This document shows positions 1 through 8,209 of a stretch of DNA of 64,000 bases, piece after piece. Each line of letters begins with the position of its first letter. Positions within the stretch are counted from its first letter, which is position 1. Where the stretch lies: positions 116,968-180,967 of the forward strand of contig JAKPQE010000034.1 of the NCBI GenBank assembly GCA_029572955.1, read 5' to 3'. The stretch comes from Pseudomonadota bacterium (GTDB lineage: Bacteria > Pseudomonadota > Alphaproteobacteria > Rhizobiales > JAKPQE01). The notes beneath the pieces were generated by a model that was given only the letters and a program-made list of their open reading frames with translations, did no database searches and had not been told where the DNA came from. A program made the position numbers and the translations under genes.

Positions 1-475
1 CGACCGCCGGCGAATGCAGGATCGGCGCGTCGATCGGCCCGATCTGCAGTTCGATCGCCCGCGTGTCGCGGAATTCCTCTGAAAGCGGAATGTCGCGCCA
101 GTCGAGCTTCGGCTGCCCCATGTCGACGGTGACGTTGTCGCCCTCGCCGCGCCAGACGTTGAGGAGGCCGGCCGAGGTCTCGAGGCTCAGCGCCTCGCGC
201 CCGCCTTCCCCGAACAGCACGGCGGCGACGCAGCGCGTGCCGTTGCCGCAGGCGGCCGAAAGCGAGCCGTCATTGTTGAAGATGGTCATGAAGGCGTCGG
301 TGCCGGGCGTCTTCGGCGGCAAGAGCACCATCATCTGGTCGAACCAGGTGCGCGGCTCGGCGGCGATCGAGCGGGCGAGCTGCGGCGTCATGCGATCGGC
401 GCGCGAACGCATGTCGACGACGAGGATCTCGTTGCCGATGCCGTTCATCTTCAGAAAGGAAAGGGGCTCGCTCAT
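1..475 (-). CDS. dapF: diaminopimelate epimerase, N-terminal part (gene runs off the left window edge)
   Basis: Not in the ORF track because it is open at position 1. Reverse complement from ATG (475-473) reads [23 protein letters not shown]...[17 protein letters not shown], the DapF N-terminal half with the first catalytic-Cys motif. Confidence 0.85.
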   Translation of the reverse strand, partial: MSEPLSFLKMNGIGNEILVVDMRSRADRMTPQLARSIAAEPRTWFDQMMVLLPPKTPGTDAFMTIFNNDGSLSAACGNGTRCVAAVLFGEGGREALSLETSAGLLNVWRGEGDNVTVDMGQPKLDWRDIPLSEEFRDTRAIELQIGPIDAPILHSPAV

Positions 476-542
476 CGCCATGGCCTTCATCTGCCGCTCT
501 ATATGGCGGAACGGGCGGCAAAACGGAAGGGGCGGCGTGCGT

Positions 543-1406
543 TTAGCGTGGCCGTGGCCGCGCCACGGCGAGCCGGCGGATCGAGGTCATCGCGCTCGGC
601 CGGTCGAGCACCATCTGCTCGGCGGCGAGCAGCAGTTCGTCGGACCCGGCACGGGCGCTGCGCACCACCATCTCGAAGACCGAGGCGGTCGTGCGGGCCA
701 GCGCCTTTTCCCCGTCCGCGCCGGCGAGCCGGGCACCGAGGAACAGCGCCGCCATCAGGTCGCCCGGCCCGTGCGGCGCGTTCGCGACCGCCTGGTGCTC
801 GGCAACGATCGGTCCACCCTCGCCGACGAGCAGCGTCGCCATCGCCCCGCGCATCATCGCATGCGCCGAGGAGACGAGGACGCGCGCCGGACCGAGCGCC
901 TCGGCCGCCGCGACGAGCGCGCCATTGTCCGGACACGCCGCGCCGGCGAGAAACTCGAGCTCGAAGCGGTTCGGCGTCGCGATGTCGGCGATCGGCAGGA
1001 GCCGGTCGCGGATCGCCGCCATCGTCGCTTGCGGCACGTAGAGCCCGCCATCGTCGCCGATCACCGGATCGCAGCAATAGAGCGCTTCAGGGTTGGCCGC
1101 CTTGACGCGGGCAACGAAGCCGGCGATCGCCTCGGCCTGCGACGCTTCGCCGAGATAGCCGGAAAGCACGGCACCGACCTCGCCGAGCCAGCGGCTCGCC
1201 GCAAGGTCGTCGAGCATCGCCGCGAACTCCGCCGCGCCCGGCACGACGCGGGTCGCCCGGCCATGGCCGGGATGGAACGGCAGGAGCACCGTCGGCACCT
1301 CCCAGACCGGAAAGCCGAGGCGCGCGAGCGCGAACCCGGCGGCCCTGAGGCCGACGCCGCCACGGGCGACATGGGACGAGACGACGACGACGGCGGGACG
1401 GGACAT
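543..1406 (-). CDS. pdxY: pyridoxal/pyridoxamine kinase (ribokinase fold)
   Basis: ORF 543..1541 trimmed to ATG at 1406 ([19 protein letters not shown]). PdxY/PdxK-like motifs [15 protein letters not shown] and [12 protein letters not shown]. Confidence 0.8.
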   Translation of the reverse strand: MSRPAVVVVSSHVARGGVGLRAAGFALARLGFPVWEVPTVLLPFHPGHGRATRVVPGAAEFAAMLDDLAASRWLGEVGAVLSGYLGEASQAEAIAGFVARVKAANPEALYCCDPVIGDDGGLYVPQATMAAIRDRLLPIADIATPNRFELEFLAGAACPDNGALVAAAEALGPARVLVSSAHAMMRGAMATLLVGEGGPIVAEHQAVANAPHGPGDLMAALFLGARLAGADGEKALARTTASVFEMVVRSARAGSDELLLAAEQMVLDRPSAMTSIRRLAVARPRPR

Positions 1407-1555
1407 GGGACGAGGCCGGGCGGGAGCGGGGGTCGACGGGGCGATCCTAGCCGACCTTGGCGCCCGTGCCACCCTCTCCGTTCCACCAAAGAACACTGGA
1501 TTTTCCGCACGGGGCAAATAGGGTTCGGCCAAGCCGAACACATGGGGGAACCGAG

Positions 1556-2437
1556 ATGACCATCCGCCCGCGCCGCAGCGTGCTCTACATGCCGGGCTCC
1601 AACGCCCGCGCGCTCGAAAAGGCCCGCACCCTTCCCGCCGACGCCCTGATCCTCGACCTCGAGGACGCCGTCGCGCCCGACATGAAGGAGACGGCCCGCA
1701 CCCAGGTCGCCGCCGCCATCGCCGAGGGCGGCTACGGCCCCCGCGAGCTGATCGTCCGCATCAACGGTCTTGCCACTCCCTGGGGCGAGGCCGACCTCGA
1801 GGCCGCCGCCAAGGCCGCGCCCGACGCCATCCTCGTGCCGAAGGTCTCAAGCGCCGAGGACGTCGCCGTCATCGGCCGCAAGCTCGCCGCGCTCGACTGC
1901 CCCGGGAGCGTGAAGATCTGGGTCATGATGGAAACGCCGCTCGCCATGCTGAACGCCGGCGCCATCGCCTCGGCGGCGGCGAGCGAGGACGGCAAGCGCC
2001 TCGCCTGCTTCGTCATGGGCACCAACGACCTTGCCAAGGAAACCCGGGCACGGCTCGTGCCGGGCCGCCTGCCGATGGCCGGCTGGCTCTCGACATGCGT
2101 TGCCGCGGCGCGCGCCTACGGCCTCGACATCGTCGACGGCGTCTACAACGACTTCAACAATCTCGAGGGCTTCGCCGCCGAATGCGCCGAGGGTCGCGAC
2201 TTCGGCATGGACGGCAAGACGCTCATCCACCCCAAGCAGGTCGAGCCCTGCAACGAGGCGTTCTCGCCGGCCGAGAGCGAGGTGGAGTGGGCAAAGAAGA
2301 TCATCGCCGCCTTCGACCTGGCCGAGAACCGGGGCAAGGGCGCGATCACCGTCGAGGGCCGCATGGTCGAGCTGCTGCACGCCGAAATGGCCCGCCGCAC
2401 CGTCGCCATCGCCGAGGCGATCGCGGCGCGCGGCTAG
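1556..2437 (+). CDS. HpcH/HpaI-CitE family CoA ester lyase (malyl-CoA lyase/thioesterase-like)
   Basis: ORF 1457..2437 trimmed to ATG 1556 (MTIRPRRSVLYMPGSNARALEKARTLPADALILDLEDAV). CitE-like motifs MMETPLA and DGKTLIHPKQ. Confidence 0.8.
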   Translation: MTIRPRRSVLYMPGSNARALEKARTLPADALILDLEDAVAPDMKETARTQVAAAIAEGGYGPRELIVRINGLATPWGEADLEAAAKAAPDAILVPKVSSAEDVAVIGRKLAALDCPGSVKIWVMMETPLAMLNAGAIASAAASEDGKRLACFVMGTNDLAKETRARLVPGRLPMAGWLSTCVAAARAYGLDIVDGVYNDFNNLEGFAAECAEGRDFGMDGKTLIHPKQVEPCNEAFSPAESEVEWAKKIIAAFDLAENRGKGAITVEGRMVELLHAEMARRTVAIAEAIAARG

Positions 2438-2537
2438 CCCGCGTTGCCGCAAAGCGGAAACCGGTTTTCGGGCAGGAATGCGCGCGAAAACAATAGAATA
2501 GAGGACGGCCGCCCGATGCGGTCCGGCCCGGACAACG

Positions 2538-2789
2538 CTAGTCGGTAACGCCCTTGGCGGAGCCCGGAACCGCCCCGTCCGCAGCCGCGGGCGGGGCTTT
2601 TTCGTCGCCCGTCGCAGGGCCCGGAATGGCCGGCGCCGGGATGTCGGCAAGGCCCGCGCCCGCCGCTTCGCCCTCTGGCGCGCGGCTGCCGGCTTTCCAG
2701 TGCGCATCGGGACAATCGGCGGCGTCCGCCGGCAGGTGCCAGCCGAGAAAGGTGACAAGCGCGAGCGCCGCGACAACCGGTCGAGCCAT
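2538..2789 (-). CDS. hypothetical small exported protein
   Basis: ORF 2538..2852 trimmed to ATG 2789, preceded by GAGGAAGGA. N-terminus MARPVVAALALVTFLGW is signal-like. No family recognised. Confidence 0.4.
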   Translation of the reverse strand: MARPVVAALALVTFLGWHLPADAADCPDAHWKAGSRAPEGEAAGAGLADIPAPAIPGPATGDEKAPPAAADGAVPGSAKGVTD

Positions 2790-2937
2790 TCGATCCTTCC
2801 TCACCGACAGATCCTCGTGCCGCACCTTACGCCCTCCCGGCGCCGCGCTCAAAGCGGCGCGATCAGCCTTGCCCTTTCGTTAACGGCCGTCTGTTATAAT
2901 CTGTCCTCAGGCACCACTACCGATGGAACAGGAAACG

Positions 2938-3369
2938 ATGCGCTGGCTCCCCCTCGCCGTCCTGGCACTCGCCGCCGGCCTTTCCGCGCCGGCGACGGCG
3001 GCGGACTGCGGCCAGCCCTATCTCGCCGGCGAGTGGGAACTGAAGGACGCCAAGCTGCGCGAGTTCAATCGCGTGCAGATCACCTTCAAGTGCCGCACGG
3101 TGCAACTGCCGGACGGCGGTGAGACCACCGAGATCGAGTGGTTCATGCGGGCCTACAACCGTTGCGCCCCGCGCGACTGCCTGTGGGGCTATTCGCCGGC
3201 CCGCGTCGACGAGAGTGGCCGGCTCACCGCCAATTTCTCGACCTTCTATTCGGAGCGCGTCGTCACCGTCGAGACCGCCGGCATCGGCATCAAGGCGACC
3301 GTCCTCATCGACTATGGCGACCCCGCGCTCGACGATCGCATCGAGGAATTTTTCCTCGTCAGGGACTGA
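2938..3369 (+). CDS. hypothetical secreted protein
   Basis: ORF 2923..3369. Probable start ATG 2938 (MRWLPLAVLALAAGLSAPATAADC), a clear signal peptide. Globular Cys-containing remainder, no family recognised. Confidence 0.55.
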   Translation: MRWLPLAVLALAAGLSAPATAADCGQPYLAGEWELKDAKLREFNRVQITFKCRTVQLPDGGETTEIEWFMRAYNRCAPRDCLWGYSPARVDESGRLTANFSTFYSERVVTVETAGIGIKATVLIDYGDPALDDRIEEFFLVRD

Positions 3370-3405
3370 CGCTTCCGGATCGCTCCACCGGCCGCCTCTG
3401 CCCCG

Positions 3406-5391
3406 TCAGAGGTCGATCGCCGGCTGCAGGTCGTCGTCGGCAACCGCCTTCCAGCCGCCCGGCAACATCGCAAGGCCGAGCCCCGCCGCCAAGAACAGGC
3501 CGAGCGCCCGCGCCGGCTCGATCCAGTCGCCGCCGAGCGCGCCATAGACCGATGCCCGATAGGCCTCGACCGCGAACGTGAATGGCAGCCAGGCATGGGC
3601 GGCGCGGTAGAACTCCGAGGTGAGTTCGGCCGGCAGCACGCCGCCGCCCGCCGTCATCTGCAGCGTGAGGAGCAGCACCGCGATCAGCTTGCCGGCATCG
3701 CCGAGCCGCCGGATGAGGGCGAAGACGACGGCAAGGAAGGTGAGCGCGACGGCAAGGACCGAGACCCAGAAGCCGACGGGATCGATCGGCTCGACATGGA
3801 GCAGGTGGAGCGCCGCCAGCGCGACGAGACCGGACTGGACGACGACCACCGCCGCCGGCAGGACGATCTTGCCGAGCGCCCGGGCCGCCGACGGACCGCT
3901 CGCGAGGCTTGCCGGCACGGCGCGCAGATTGAGCATGTTGGCGAGGATGACGGCGCCGATCCACGAGGCGACCGACATCATGCTCGGCACGAAGGCGAGC
4001 CCGTTATTGTCGACCGGCGCGAGGTTTTCGAGCACCGGCTCGACCGAGAGCGCGAGCCCGGCCGCGTCGCCGTCGACCGCCTCGACCTTTTCGGGAAGCG
4101 CTGCGGCAAGTTCCGCAACGCCCTCGCTGAGGCGTGCCGCGCCGGCGGCGAGATCGTCGGCGGCGCCGGCGAACGCGTCGAGATCGGCATCGGCCGGCAG
4201 CGCGTCGGCAAGGCTGCGGATGCCGTCGCCGAGGCGGCCGACGCCAGACGTCAGCGCCGCCGTCCCGCCGGAAAGCGTCCGCGCGCCGCGGGCGAGCTGG
4301 CGCGCCCCCTTCTGTGCCGAGACGAGGCCTTTTTCGAGCCTGGCGGCCCCTTCGCCGAGCTGGGCCGCGCCATTCGCGAGCTTCTTTCCGACGAACGGGA
4401 TCTTTCCCGCCTTGTCGCGCATCTCGCCGAGGCCGTCTTCGAGGCGGCCGCTGCCCGCCGCGAGCTTGCCGAGGCCGGTGGAGAGGTCGCCCTGCGCGGC
4501 GGCAAGCTTCCTTGCCCCCGCCGCGAGCTGGTCGAGTTCGGCCTTGGCCGGCAGCCGGTCGCGCATGGTGCGCACCGCCTCGGACGCCTTGCCGAAGCCT
4601 TCGGCGACCTCGTGCGCCGCGCCGCGATATTTCGCCAGCCCGTCGCCGAGCTTTGCTGCGCCGTCGGCGAGGCGGGCGACGCCGTCGGTGAGCCGCGTCA
4701 GGTCGGCCGCCGCATCGGCCGAGGCATCGAGCACCTTCAGCCAGCGCGTCTCGTTGAGCGAGCGATTGATCTCGACCGTCAGCGCTTCGGCGAATTTGCG
4801 CACGATCGCCGCCGAGGAATAGTTGTTGCCCTCGGAAAAGACGATGCGGACCTGGCCGGCTCCGGCCTCGCGGCCGGGCACCGTGCTCGCCGAGAAATCT
4901 TCCGCGAGGAACAGCGCGAAGGCGAGCCGCCCGCCCTCGACATCGGCGAGCATCCGTTCCTCGTCGTCATAGTCGCGGAAGGTGAACTGCCCGCCGTCGC
5001 GGATCTTGGCAACGACGCTCTCGCCGAGGCGTATGTCCTCGCCGCGATAGACCGTGCCCCGGTCGGCGTTGAGGATGCCGACCGTCAGCTGGCGCGACAG
5101 CGCCGCCGGATCCCAGACGCCGCCGAGATAGATCATCAGGTAGAGCGCCGGAAAGAACAGGATCGCGCCGACCGCGAGGGCAAAGCGCGGATGGGTGGCG
5201 AGCATCGCGACCTCGGCCCGCGCCGTGCCGGCAAGGGTCGCAAGGAACCCCGGACGAGGCGAGGCAGCGCGCGCCGGCGCGCCGGGCCGGGCCGTTCCGT
5301 CCTCGGGCACGGTTCCGCTGGCGCCATCGGCGCCCGTCTCCGCGTGGCACGCCGGCTCCGCCCCGGCAAACATCTCGACGTCGTCGGTCAT
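3406..5391 (-). CDS. YhgE/Pip domain-containing membrane protein (ABC-2/phage-infection-protein family)
   Basis: 661-aa ORF. An N-terminal TM helix and a C-terminal cluster of TM helices flank a long helical region of repeated L-x-x-G units (LADGAAKLGDGLAKY, LSTGLGKLAAGSGRLEDGLGEM, LANGAAQLGEGAARLEKGL, LSGGTAALTSGVGRLGDGI). Confidence 0.8.
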   Translation of the reverse strand: MTDDVEMFAGAEPACHAETGADGASGTVPEDGTARPGAPARAASPRPGFLATLAGTARAEVAMLATHPRFALAVGAILFFPALYLMIYLGGVWDPAALSRQLTVGILNADRGTVYRGEDIRLGESVVAKIRDGGQFTFRDYDDEERMLADVEGGRLAFALFLAEDFSASTVPGREAGAGQVRIVFSEGNNYSSAAIVRKFAEALTVEINRSLNETRWLKVLDASADAAADLTRLTDGVARLADGAAKLGDGLAKYRGAAHEVAEGFGKASEAVRTMRDRLPAKAELDQLAAGARKLAAAQGDLSTGLGKLAAGSGRLEDGLGEMRDKAGKIPFVGKKLANGAAQLGEGAARLEKGLVSAQKGARQLARGARTLSGGTAALTSGVGRLGDGIRSLADALPADADLDAFAGAADDLAAGAARLSEGVAELAAALPEKVEAVDGDAAGLALSVEPVLENLAPVDNNGLAFVPSMMSVASWIGAVILANMLNLRAVPASLASGPSAARALGKIVLPAAVVVVQSGLVALAALHLLHVEPIDPVGFWVSVLAVALTFLAVVFALIRRLGDAGKLIAVLLLTLQMTAGGGVLPAELTSEFYRAAHAWLPFTFAVEAYRASVYGALGGDWIEPARALGLFLAAGLGLAMLPGGWKAVADDDLQPAIDL

Positions 5392-5418
5392 CGGCAGGTT
5401 CTTCCAATATCACGTAAA

Positions 5419-5439
5419 CGAACCGAACCGTTCGGTTCG
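5419..5439. promoter_or_regulatory. 21-bp perfect palindrome, candidate TetR operator
   Basis: cgaaccgaac-c-gttcggttcg (10-bp arms), 28 nt upstream of the YhgE/Pip start, in the divergent yhgE/tetR intergenic region. Confidence 0.4.
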
Positions 5440-5480
5440 ACGTTGACATAGAAGCCGCGCCGGCATAAATCAAGAGAAAA

Positions 5481-5498
5481 TCGAACCGATCGGTTTGA
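5481..5498. promoter_or_regulatory. second near-palindrome sharing the CGAACCG half-site, candidate TetR operator
   Basis: tcgaaccgatcggtttga (perfect core aaccgatcggtt), ending 5 nt before the tetR start region. Confidence 0.35.
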
Positions 5499-5502
5499 TG
5501 AG

Positions 5503-6153
5503 GTGGACATGATGAACGAGGACGCAACCAGCGGCCGCCGCCGCGCCGGCGAGGATCCGGCAAAGCGCAGCCAGATCCTGAAGGGCGCCTATCGCGTCTT
5601 CATGGAGCGCGGCTTCGACGCCGCCAGCATGAACGACATCACCCGCGCCGCCGGCGTTTCCAAGGGCACGATCTACGTCTACTTCCGGAACAAGGAAGAG
5701 CTGTTCGAGGCCCTCGTCGACGACGAACGCCTGCGCCTGACGGCCGGGCTCTACGAGGCGCTGGCGGGACCCGATTTCGAAACCGCCCTGCGCCGCTTCC
5801 TCGTCGCCCTCGTCGGCCTCGCCACCAGCGACGAGGCGGTCCGCGCCCAGCGCACGGTGATCGCCATCGCCGAGCGCATGCCGGCGCTCGGCGCGCGTTT
5901 CGTCGAAGAGGGAACCAGAAAGGCCGAGGCCGCCCTCGCCGCCTTCCTCGCCGCGCGAGCCGACGCCGCCGGCCTCGATATCCGCGATGCCCGCGCCGCC
6001 GCCGAAAACCTCGTGACGCTCGCCATCGGGACGATCCTGCGCCGTCGCCTCTATGGCGCCGACGCCGCCGAACCCGACGAGAAGGCGGTCGCCGCCACCG
6101 CCGACCGGGCGCTTGCGGCCTTCCTCGCCGCCGCGAGGGCCGGCGTCTGGTAG
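5503..6153 (+). CDS. TetR/AcrR family transcriptional regulator
   Basis: N-terminal HTH ILKGAYRVFMERGFDAASMNDITRAAGVSKGTIYVYFRNKEELF. Divergent from the YhgE/Pip gene. Confidence 0.9.
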   Translation: MDMMNEDATSGRRRAGEDPAKRSQILKGAYRVFMERGFDAASMNDITRAAGVSKGTIYVYFRNKEELFEALVDDERLRLTAGLYEALAGPDFETALRRFLVALVGLATSDEAVRAQRTVIAIAERMPALGARFVEEGTRKAEAALAAFLAARADAAGLDIRDARAAAENLVTLAIGTILRRRLYGADAAEPDEKAVAATADRALAAFLAAARAGVW

Positions 6154-6196
6154 GCGCCGCGCACGATCCGGCACCGAACGACGGTCGCCGGTCCGC

Positions 6197-7135
6197 TCAG
6201 GCCCGCGGGTGGGCCTTTTCGTAGGCCTCGAGTAGCCGCGCCGAATCGACGGCCGTATAGACCTGCGTCGTCGAGAGATCGGCGTGGCCGAGCAGCTCCT
6301 GGATGGTGCGCAAATCGCCGCCCTTGGCGAGGAGATGGGTGGCAAAGGAGTGGCGCAGCGCGTGCGGCGTCGCCGTCTCGGGAAGGCCGAGGGCACCGCG
6401 CAACCGCTCCATGGCGAGCTGCACGACGCGCGGCGACAGCCGCCCGCCCTTGGCGCCGTAGAACAGCGGATCGTCGGCGGTCGCGCCGTAGGGACAGGCG
6501 GCGAGATAGGCCTCGACCGCCCGCCGCGCCACCGGCAGCACCGGCACGATGCGCGTCTTGCCGCCCTTGCCGGTGATCCGCAGCGCGTCGCGCTTGGCGG
6601 TCGGCGCCTCGCCGCGATTGAGCGACAGCGCCTCGGAGATACGCAGCCCGCAGCCGTAGAGCAGCGTCATCACCGCCGCGTCGCGAAGCGCGATCCACGG
6701 CTCGCCGAAATGCATGTCGGCATCGGTGACGGCCCGCGCCGACTTGACGTCGAGCGGCCGCGGCAGAGAGCGGTTCTGCTTCGGCGCCCGCACCGCCGCC
6801 GCGCCGGCGGCATTGGCGAGCCCCTGGCGCTCGAGGAACTTCAGCAGCGAGCGGATGCCGGCGAGGCCGCGGGCGAGCGTGCGCGCCCCGGCGCCGGTCA
6901 GCCGGCGCGCCGCCATGAAGGCACGGAAGTCCGCCGCCCGCAGCTCGGCGAGATCGACGATCTTCGGCGGCTCGCCGAGATGGCCGGTAAGGAACATCAG
7001 GAACTGGCCGACGTCGCGGTCATAGGCCTCGACGGTCTTTGCCGCGAGACGTCGCTCGGCCTCGAGATGCCGCCGCCACAGCGCGATCGCGGCAAGGAGG
7101 TCGGGCGCGGCGAAGACGAGAAACGGCTGGTTCAT
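6197..7135 (-). CDS. xerC: site-specific tyrosine recombinase XerC/XerD family
   Basis: 312 aa. N-terminal core-binding domain (TVEAYDRDVGQFLMFL). C-terminal catalytic region HALRHSFATHLL...LLGHADLSTTQVYT. Confidence 0.8.
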   Translation of the reverse strand: MNQPFLVFAAPDLLAAIALWRRHLEAERRLAAKTVEAYDRDVGQFLMFLTGHLGEPPKIVDLAELRAADFRAFMAARRLTGAGARTLARGLAGIRSLLKFLERQGLANAAGAAAVRAPKQNRSLPRPLDVKSARAVTDADMHFGEPWIALRDAAVMTLLYGCGLRISEALSLNRGEAPTAKRDALRITGKGGKTRIVPVLPVARRAVEAYLAACPYGATADDPLFYGAKGGRLSPRVVQLAMERLRGALGLPETATPHALRHSFATHLLAKGGDLRTIQELLGHADLSTTQVYTAVDSARLLEAYEKAHPRA

Positions 7136-7250
7136 CGGGCGGCCTTGTGGATCGGAAAGCCCGATCCTGCGGCAAAGCCGTTGCCAAGCGGTAAGCGCCG
7201 GCGACCGGCGCCTTCACTCGGCCCTCAACCTCGACCCCTTCGCCTTCGGC

Positions 7251-7397
7251 GCCCTTCTCCCCGTTGGGGCGAGGGGACGCAAGCGGCAACGCCCTTCGGG
7301 AGAGAGATGCTCCGGAAAGCCTCCGCTCTTCGGGGGAGAAGGGTACCCCGGAAAGCCCTCTCCCCCTCGGGGGAGAGGGTTGGGTGAAGGGGGTGAT
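7251..7397. repeat. REP-like GC-rich hairpin repeat cluster (family 1, locus a)
   Basis: Three successive short palindromes (ccttctccccgttggggcgagggga; ctcttcgggggagaagg; ccctctccccctcgggggagaggg). The 3' unit ggaaagccctctccccctcgggggagagggttgggtgaaggggg recurs at 16585-16632. Confidence 0.7.
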
Positions 7398-7416
7398 TGC
7401 GACGCTGCGCGCGCCC

Positions 7417-8073
7417 TCAGAGGATCGACTGGCCGGTCTTCTTCCAGTCGGCCATGAAAAGCTCGATGCCCTTGTCGGTCAGCGGATGCGAGACGAGATC
7501 CTTGATGACCTTCGGCGGAATGGTCGCGACGTCGGCGCCGGCGAGCGCAGCGCGCTTGACATGCACCGGCGAGCGGATCGAGGCGGCCAGCACCTCGGTC
7601 GAAAGCGCCTCGTAATTGTCGAAGATCTGGCGGATCTCGGCGATCAGCTCCATGCCGTCGAGGCCGATGTCGTCGAGCCGGCCGATGAACGGCGAGACGA
7701 ACGTTGCCCCGGCCTTGGCCGCGAGCAGCGCCTGGTTGGCCGAGAAGCAGAGCGTGACGTTGACCATCGTGCCCTCGCCGGAAAGCGTGCGGCAGGCCTT
7801 CAGCCCCTCGAAGGTGAGCGGCACCTTGATCGTCACATTGTCGGCGATCCGGGCGAGCTTGCGCCCTTCCGCGATCATGCCGGCGGCGTCGAGCGCCGCG
7901 ACCTCGGCCGAGACCGGCCCCGGCACGATGGCGCAAATCTCCTCGATCACCGCGAAGAAATTGCGCCCGGTCTTGGCAACGAGCGAGGGATTGGTGGTGA
8001 CGCCGTCGAGCAGGCCGGTCGCGGAAAGCTCGGCAATGGCCGCAACGTCGGCCGTGTCGATGAAGAACTTCAT
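7417..8073 (-). CDS. fsa: fructose-6-phosphate aldolase / type 3B transaldolase
   Basis: ORF 7417..8112 trimmed to ATG 8073 ([16 protein letters not shown]...GVTTNPSL...IKVP...SPFIGRLDD). Confidence 0.85.
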   Translation of the reverse strand: MKFFIDTADVAAIAELSATGLLDGVTTNPSLVAKTGRNFFAVIEEICAIVPGPVSAEVAALDAAGMIAEGRKLARIADNVTIKVPLTFEGLKACRTLSGEGTMVNVTLCFSANQALLAAKAGATFVSPFIGRLDDIGLDGMELIAEIRQIFDNYEALSTEVLAASIRSPVHVKRAALAGADVATIPPKVIKDLVSHPLTDKGIELFMADWKKTGQSIL

Positions 8074-8209
8074 GGACCTGATCCTTTCGAGGCTGGCGGC
8101 GCCTCGTCCCACGCCGCATGCTGCATTGCATCAAACCTAGTGCGATTTCCGGTTCGCGGGAATCGCCAAAAGGCTCTATTCCTCGAAGAAACCCATCGCC
8201 GGAGGGCTC

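Noticed and set aside
63-1559. 498-aa plus-strand ORF spanning the dapF and pdxY regions
   Set aside because: It is antisense to two genes with clear family motifs, and its own translation is low-complexity Arg/Gly-rich.
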